Part shown: one piece after another, positions 16,195 to 20,632 of the stretch | Layout of the letters: the number at the start of each line of letters is the position of its first letter | Position numbering within the stretch: the stretch's first letter is position 1 | Assembly: GCA_038850285.1 (NCBI GenBank) | Contig: JAWCMA010000023.1 | Coordinates: forward strand, 1-20,632 | Reading direction: 5' to 3' | Origin: Methanocellales archaeon | GTDB lineage: Archaea; Halobacteriota; JAWCLZ01 | DNA: 20,632 nt | Translations under genes and position numbers: made by a program | The notes under the pieces: model-generated | Told to the model about the DNA's origin: nothing | The model's input: the letters and a program-made list of their open reading frames with translations, nothing else | The model's database searches: none

Positions 16195-17324
16195 TTTTTC
16201 TGCCTCATCTGCCTCATATATGCCTTGATATGCTCAGCTAGTGCTTTCTTAAGCTGCATATATCCCACGTCGGATAAATGAGCCTTTCTAAGGGCAGCTT
16301 CTCTACCTACGCAGGGCTTGTGAATGGTGCAGCACCAAGTTAAGCTTCCATAGCAAGTGGTATCGCCTATTTCAAGAGGAGTGTTTTTTGCGAAGTCAAG
16401 CTTGATCTTAGCATATTCCTCTTTGGTTAAGCCAGCGAGTTTCAATGCATCCTGCAAAGGACAGTTTTTAACTGGCATGCAGCAAAAAGCTAGGGCTCGG
16501 AGATCGCCATCTCTACATATATGCTTGGGAGCATTATACCAGCCATATTTCCTCTGCTCCTCTTCAATTTCTCTCGCTAAATGCTTGAAAATTGTATAGT
16601 CATACTTCGCTGCTCTAGCGATTGAAACCATGTCTGCTCCTCGAGAGAATAGCTTGTGGGCGGTTTCGAAGTCATGCACTGAGTTGTTGCCTATTATGAA
16701 TAGATCAGTTGCATCTCTAATTTTCTTTATCACACTTGGATCCGAGCCCTCTGCTCCTACAGCGTCCACATGGATTATATCAGCTCCTGCCTCCTCTATA
16801 GTTCGAGCTAGCTCTACATCATCCACTATATTTCCACGGATTTTTACAGAGAGCACCGCATTAGTCTTTTTAATCTCCCTTATCCAACTTGAAAGGCGAG
16901 GTAGATCTCTAAGCAGAGCATCCCCCGCTCCTAGAGCTAGTATTTCCGGCTGTCTGCAGTGGGCGTTTAACTCTAAAATGGCTTGATATTTCTTCGCTAG
17001 CTCAGCCACCCTTATCAATGGCTCTACCTCTGCAGCTCTAACGTTAAGCGCGATGGCTACTTTTTCCCGCTCAAGTGCTTTCAACTCAGATCTTAGAAAA
17101 GCAATTGGATTGCGGAATATAAACTCCTGCCTCCCGCGTTTCAGCATTTCCTTCGAGGCTTTTTGGGTTGCTGCATCCACGCTAAAGCCACCTATTACCA
17201 CTAGTCCCACGTTTTCAGCTATTTTCTTAGCGAATTTACTATCAGTTATCCCTGCCATTGCTGAAAGAGCCAAGGGGTTTTTGAATTCTATTCCAGCTAT
17301 CTCTAGATCGAAGAGTTCTGCCAT
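16173..17324 (-). CDS. Dus-like (MJ0144-type) FMN TIM-barrel fused to methanogenesis marker domain 9
   Basis: NPLALSAMAGITD, ELNAHCRQPE, SVKIRGN, IHVDA, IGNNSV, GADMVSIAR; C-terminal HICRDGDLRALAFCC..C...TCYGSLTWCC...KPC. Confidence 0.85.
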   Translation of the reverse strand: MAELFDLEIAGIEFKNPLALSAMAGITDSKFAKKIAENVGLVVIGGFSVDAATQKASKEMLKRGRQEFIFRNPIAFLRSELKALEREKVAIALNVRAAEVEPLIRVAELAKKYQAILELNAHCRQPEILALGAGDALLRDLPRLSSWIREIKKTNAVLSVKIRGNIVDDVELARTIEEAGADIIHVDAVGAEGSDPSVIKKIRDATDLFIIGNNSVHDFETAHKLFSRGADMVSIARAAKYDYTIFKHLAREIEEEQRKYGWYNAPKHICRDGDLRALAFCCMPVKNCPLQDALKLAGLTKEEYAKIKLDFAKNTPLEIGDTTCYGSLTWCCTIHKPCVGREAALRKAHLSDVGYMQLKKALAEHIKAYMRQMRQKKCMTQAI

Positions 17325-17349
17325 TTCAATTCAGTTTTAGCTCGATTCA

Positions 17350-17357
17350 CTTATAAG
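17350..17357 (-). promoter_or_regulatory. Putative TATA box for the marker 9-CitG-DUF447-DmrX operon
   Basis: CTTATAAG about 25 nt upstream of ATG 17324. Confidence 0.45.
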
Positions 17358-17361
17358 GTTA

Positions 17362-17412
17362 TTCATAGTTATAGTTCTTATTTCATGTTCATAGTTCATG
17401 TTCATAGTTCAT
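17362..17412. repeat. Tandem repeat of ATGAAC(T) units (13-bp period) at the ABCE1 stop
   Basis: Plus strand ttcatg ttcatag ttcatg ttcatag ttcat at 17382-17412, with degenerate copies back to 17362. Confidence 0.75.
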
Positions 17413-19181
17413 TTTCTTGGTTCATAGTGGTAGTAGTATTCGCCTTTTGCCTTTTGCTCTCTATCAAGTTTGGAATCAGGCTTGTTTACCCTCGGTCTCT
17501 TGGTTTCTTCATCTCTGCGGAAGGTTATATCTAAGCTATGGAGAAAGCGATTCATGCCCATGCGCATATCAAATGGCCCAATTGCTCTACCGTGCAAAGT
17601 TGGCTCTCCTTCAAACACTAGCAAGCGGTCGCTAATCATATCGATTAAATAAATATCGTGATCTGCCACGAGAGTAGTTACCTCATTGTGCTCAGTGAAT
17701 CTCCTTATAACTCTAGCTGCTTGCACTCTTTGCTCTACATCTAAATGTGCACTTGGTTCATCTAAGAGATAGAGCTCTGCAGCTCTACTTAAGCAAGCTG
17801 CTATTGCCACTCTCTGCAGCTCCCCCCCGCTGAGTTCAGTTAGGTTTAAATCAAGCAAGCGCTCCAGCTGAAGGGGTTTAAGTATCTCAGCTTTATAGTA
17901 AGAAGAATCGAATTCAGCGGTGATTTGCCTTAAATATGCTTGTACAGCTATCTTTTGATCTGCACTTAAATACTGCGGTTTATAGGATATGCTTAACTTT
18001 AAATTCAGCTCTCCGACTGTTGGACTTTCAACTCCAGCTAGGATTTTGATGAATGTGCTCTTGCCTATGCCATTTGGCCCAACTATGCCTATTACCTCTC
18101 CTCTGTGCAGTTCCCCCTCGCTGACTTCTAATTTGAATTTCTCATATTGCTTGATGAAGCTCTTGAATTCCATTAATACCTTCGCTTCCTTCCTCTTCCT
18201 AGGTGCAATTACCTCGAATTTAATTGGCGCTGGCCTAATCCTAACATTTTCCTCCCGCAAGAAACCCTTGAGATATTCATTTATACCTACTCTAACGCCC
18301 TTGGGATGGGTAATTACCCCATAGCAGCCTGCTTCGCCATATGCGATGTGCACTGCATCCGCTAGCAAGTCTAAGATTGCTAGGTCGTGTTCCACTATTA
18401 AAACGCTTCCCTCTCTAGCTATTTCCCTTATTAACCTAGCCACTTTTATGCGCTGATAAATATCTAAATAAGGGGTTATTTCATCGAAGAAATAGAAATC
18501 AGCTCTTCGCAATGCACAAGCCGCTATTGCCACTCTCTGCAGCTCCCCCCCGCTTAGTTCACTTATATCTCTTTTTAAAATGGATTTTAAATCCAGTAGC
18601 TCAGCCATTTCCCTGAGTTTCCCCTGTTCATCAAGTTTATTAAGCAGCTCCTCTACCGTGCCTTTGAAGTAACTTGGAATTTGCTCTATATACTGGGGCT
18701 TAAGCGCAGTTTTTATTCTCCTCTCCTTCAACTTTTTAAAGTATTCATGCAGCTCTGATCCTGAGTAGTGCTTTAAAATCTCATCCCAGTCAATGCTTTC
18801 TCCACCTAAATTTGGCTTCATGGTGCCTGCTAGTATTTTAACCACTGTGCTCTTGCCTATTCCATTTGGCCCTAGGATTCCAATCACCTTATTCCTCTGT
18901 GGAATTGCTAGGCCATATAAGGCAAAGCCATTTCTACTATAGCGATGGGTTTCAATTTCCTTTAGTTCTTCAGGCAGTTCTATTATCGCTATTGATCCAA
19001 AAGGACATTTTTTCACGCAGATCGCACAGCCAACGCATAGCTCCTCAGAGATAACTGGCTTGTTATTTTCAGCTAGCACAATAGTTTCATCCCCAGTTCT
19101 AACTCGAGGGCAAAAGCGCATGCATTCATAGGTGCATTTCCTCGGCTGGCAGCGGTCTAAATCAATTATAGCTATGCGCAT
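17409..19181 (-). CDS. rli1: ABCE1/Rli1 ribosome-recycling ATPase
   Basis: N-terminal Fe-S domain (CQPRKC..C...CP, CVGCAICVKKCP), two NBDs with GPNGIGKST and LSGGELQR, C-terminal ITFRRD...RPRVNK. Confidence 0.97.
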   Translation of the reverse strand: MRIAIIDLDRCQPRKCTYECMRFCPRVRTGDETIVLAENNKPVISEELCVGCAICVKKCPFGSIAIIELPEELKEIETHRYSRNGFALYGLAIPQRNKVIGILGPNGIGKSTVVKILAGTMKPNLGGESIDWDEILKHYSGSELHEYFKKLKERRIKTALKPQYIEQIPSYFKGTVEELLNKLDEQGKLREMAELLDLKSILKRDISELSGGELQRVAIAACALRRADFYFFDEITPYLDIYQRIKVARLIREIAREGSVLIVEHDLAILDLLADAVHIAYGEAGCYGVITHPKGVRVGINEYLKGFLREENVRIRPAPIKFEVIAPRKRKEAKVLMEFKSFIKQYEKFKLEVSEGELHRGEVIGIVGPNGIGKSTFIKILAGVESPTVGELNLKLSISYKPQYLSADQKIAVQAYLRQITAEFDSSYYKAEILKPLQLERLLDLNLTELSGGELQRVAIAACLSRAAELYLLDEPSAHLDVEQRVQAARVIRRFTEHNEVTTLVADHDIYLIDMISDRLLVFEGEPTLHGRAIGPFDMRMGMNRFLHSLDITFRRDEETKRPRVNKPDSKLDREQKAKGEYYYHYEPRK

Positions 19182-19188
19182 GGTTCAC

Positions 19189-19515
19189 CTAGTTAAGCAG
19201 CAATGTGAAGCTCACAAACCAAGTTATGAAAACCATGAATCCTATATAAATCCAGTCCTTAGGTGCTAGGTTCTCATGCCCAGGGGTTATTAAGGGAAGG
19301 GTATATCTATGGATATATATACCTATGAGTATGAGAACTAAGATAAGAGGGCCCACTCTGCGATAGTCATTTGAGATGAATTTCGCCATTGAAAGGGATA
19401 TAATTCCAAGTAGAACTCCAATTGCAATTGGGAGGAGAGTTCTCTTGAGATTACTCAAGTATTCCATTCTCCTCGCTGCTATATCCTTCACCTTCTTTGA
19501 ATTCAATTCCACCAA
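19189..19515 (-). CDS. Small membrane protein, archaeal EMC6-like
   Basis: About three hydrophobic helices ending KDWIYIGFMVFITWFVSFTLLLN; lies directly upstream of ABCE1. Confidence 0.65.
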   Translation of the reverse strand: MVELNSKKVKDIAARRMEYLSNLKRTLLPIAIGVLLGIISLSMAKFISNDYRRVGPLILVLILIGIYIHRYTLPLITPGHENLAPKDWIYIGFMVFITWFVSFTLLLN

Positions 19516-19632
19516 TCCTCAAGCTGAATATCGCTATATTTAATATTCAAATTCGCCTTTGAGAACTTTTAATGCAATTTCTAATTGATGTTATATATGA
19601 TTTTTGATGCATCATAGCCAAAAATTCCACAC

Positions 19633-19720
19633 TTAAATTAATAATTAAATTAATAAGTAAGAAAAATTCAAGGGGAAAATCCAGAGGAAAAATCAAAAGA
19701 AAAAATCAAAAGAGAAAATC
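19633..19720. repeat. Intergenic tandem repeats: 12-mer x2 and degenerate 13-mer x4.5; T-tracts on the minus strand may act as a terminator
   Basis: ttaaattaataa x2 (19633-19656); aaaattcaagggg/aaaatccagagga/aaaatcaaaagaa/aaaatcaaaagag/aaaatc (19663-19720), directly after the stop at 19722. Confidence 0.7.
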
Positions 19721-19721
19721 T

Positions 19722-20296
19722 TTAGAGAGCTCTCCAGAGATTCTCCAATACGCCTTTTACCTCCAATTTACCCTCAAGTTTCTCTCTAATTGGCCTTGCG
19801 TCTTCCCACTCCTCTTCATTTAAAGGCGTAACTCCAACTTTTTCCACCATTGCTTTAATCAACTGTTTTATGTTATCAGCCCCCGCTGTGGTTTTTGGTA
19901 CAATAAGCCAGATGTCGTAAAATAAAGTAGGCCTCAGTGCTCTCGGTATTTCCGCTAGAAACTCCAGTATTATGCCATCCTCCATTTCAACTCCTGAGCG
20001 ATAGAATATTTTTTTAACGAGGCGAGAAATACTCCTGTTGGAAGGAAAAAAGCTAAGGCTAGGGATTTAACAAGCTCACCAGCAGTTATTGGTATGCCTT
20101 TTGCTTCAGCCAATTGCTCTAAAGCAGCCTTTGCTTCTTCTCTTTCAAGCTCTTTATATCTTATATCCATTTTCTTGAGAATCTCCATCAGAGGCTTCCT
20201 AACCAGAAACCCTAAACCTAAAGTTTTAGAGGCCCTGTCAAGAAATCTCTTGCTGACATATAAAATAAATGGCTCAGCGTCCACGTTACCACCCAT
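19722..20296 (-). pseudogene. Hypothetical gene split by a -1 frameshift at an A7 run (pseudogene, recoded gene or sequencing error)
   Basis: Track ORFs 19970..20302 and 19722..19985 join into one ~190-aa frame (...FLASLKK|IFYRSGVEMEDGIILEF...) if one A is added to the run at 20009-20015. Confidence 0.6.
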
Positions 20297-20401
20297 AACC
20301 AAACATAATAAAAATGTATAAAAAATTTTCCCACATCTCTAGGAGGGTTTTCCTATAACACGCATTTAATCGATCGATGAACTATCTATATGCAGATTAA
20401 A

Positions 20402-20518
20402 TGCGGGGGATGAGATTTGAACTCACGAACCCCTTCGGGACAGGATCTTAAGTCCTGCGCCTCTAGCCAGAGGAGAAACTTAGTTTCTCCTTTATTGGCC
20501 TGACTTGGCTACCCCCGC
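20402..20518 (-). tRNA. tRNA-Leu(TAA) with a 32-nt intron in the D-arm; CCA not encoded
   Basis: Acceptor GCGGGGG/CCCCCGC+A, anticodon arm CAGGA-CTTAAGA-TCCTG (TAA at 20450-20448), long variable arm CCCGAAGGG, T-arm GTGAG-TTCAAAT-CTCAT. Removing 20463-20494 gives a normal 85-nt class II tRNA. Confidence 0.93.
20463..20494 (-). other. tRNA intron at non-canonical position 21/22
   Basis: TAAAGGAGAAACTAAGTTTCTCCTCTGGCTAG: 9-bp hairpin, central helix GGCC/GGCT, bulges AA^T and AG^A. Confidence 0.8.
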
Positions 20519-20544
20519 ACTATTATTCAAACTTTGGTGGAGCT

Positions 20545-20560
20545 ATATTTAATGCTTTTC
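20545..20560 (-). promoter_or_regulatory. BRE/TATA promoter of tRNA-Leu
   Basis: GAAAAG-CA-TTAAATAT ending about 27 nt upstream of the tRNA 5' end. Confidence 0.6.
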
Positions 20561-20632
20561 TTGATTTGATTTAATTTTACAGAACTTTTGCATTATTTTT
20601 TTAGCTAAATAAAATTTTTATATTAAAAATGC

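Noticed and set aside
17362-19720. CRISPR-like arrays at the intergenic repeats
   Set aside because: Units are 6-13 bp, contiguous, with no unique spacers and no cas genes.
745-20321. Many short antisense ORFs in the track (e.g. 2575-2841, 2992-3297, 5216-5584, 16630-16986, 17989-18324)
   Set aside because: They lie opposite well-supported genes and have Ser/Ile/Leu-rich shadow composition with no motifs.
248-20406. CCGCATTTAA occurs at the tRNA-Leu 3' end and again in the palindrome at 248-263, suggesting attL/attR of an integrated element
   Set aside because: Only a 10-bp match, no integrase, and the intervening DNA holds core genes (hisS, ABCE1, apgM).

Overview
Mostly core-genome window from an archaeon, probably a Methanosarcinia/Halobacteriota-type methane- or alkane-metabolising lineage. 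This is inferred from an EIRG-type S-layer N-terminus, a Dus-like/methanogenesis-marker-9 fusion, a DmrX-like flavoprotein, HARP, ABCE1 and archaeal TATA boxes. Left part: the 5' end of an S-layer gene behind a ~230-nt structured leader, a small island with a clan AA aspartic protease and two convergent HEPN/MNT toxin-antitoxin pairs, a ChlI/MoxR-like AAA+ ATPase plus vWA pair, a hypothetical gene, hisS, HARP, mobA and a degenerate KaiC-like protein. Middle: a divergent geranylgeranyl-reductase-family flavoprotein coupled to a radical SAM protein, apgM and a zinc-ribbon protein. Right part: a five-gene operon (marker 9, CitG-like, DUF447, DmrX-like, metallophosphoesterase), ABCE1, an EMC6-like gene, a gene split by a frameshift at an A7 run, and tRNA-Leu(TAA) with a 32-nt intron. 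Best leads: the five-gene operon as a candidate for unassigned methanopterin-biosynthesis steps, the D-arm tRNA intron, the S-layer leader RNA, the GGR-like/radical SAM pair, and a DmrX-like gene with no canonical start codon. All family calls come from motif recognition by eye; no searches were run.
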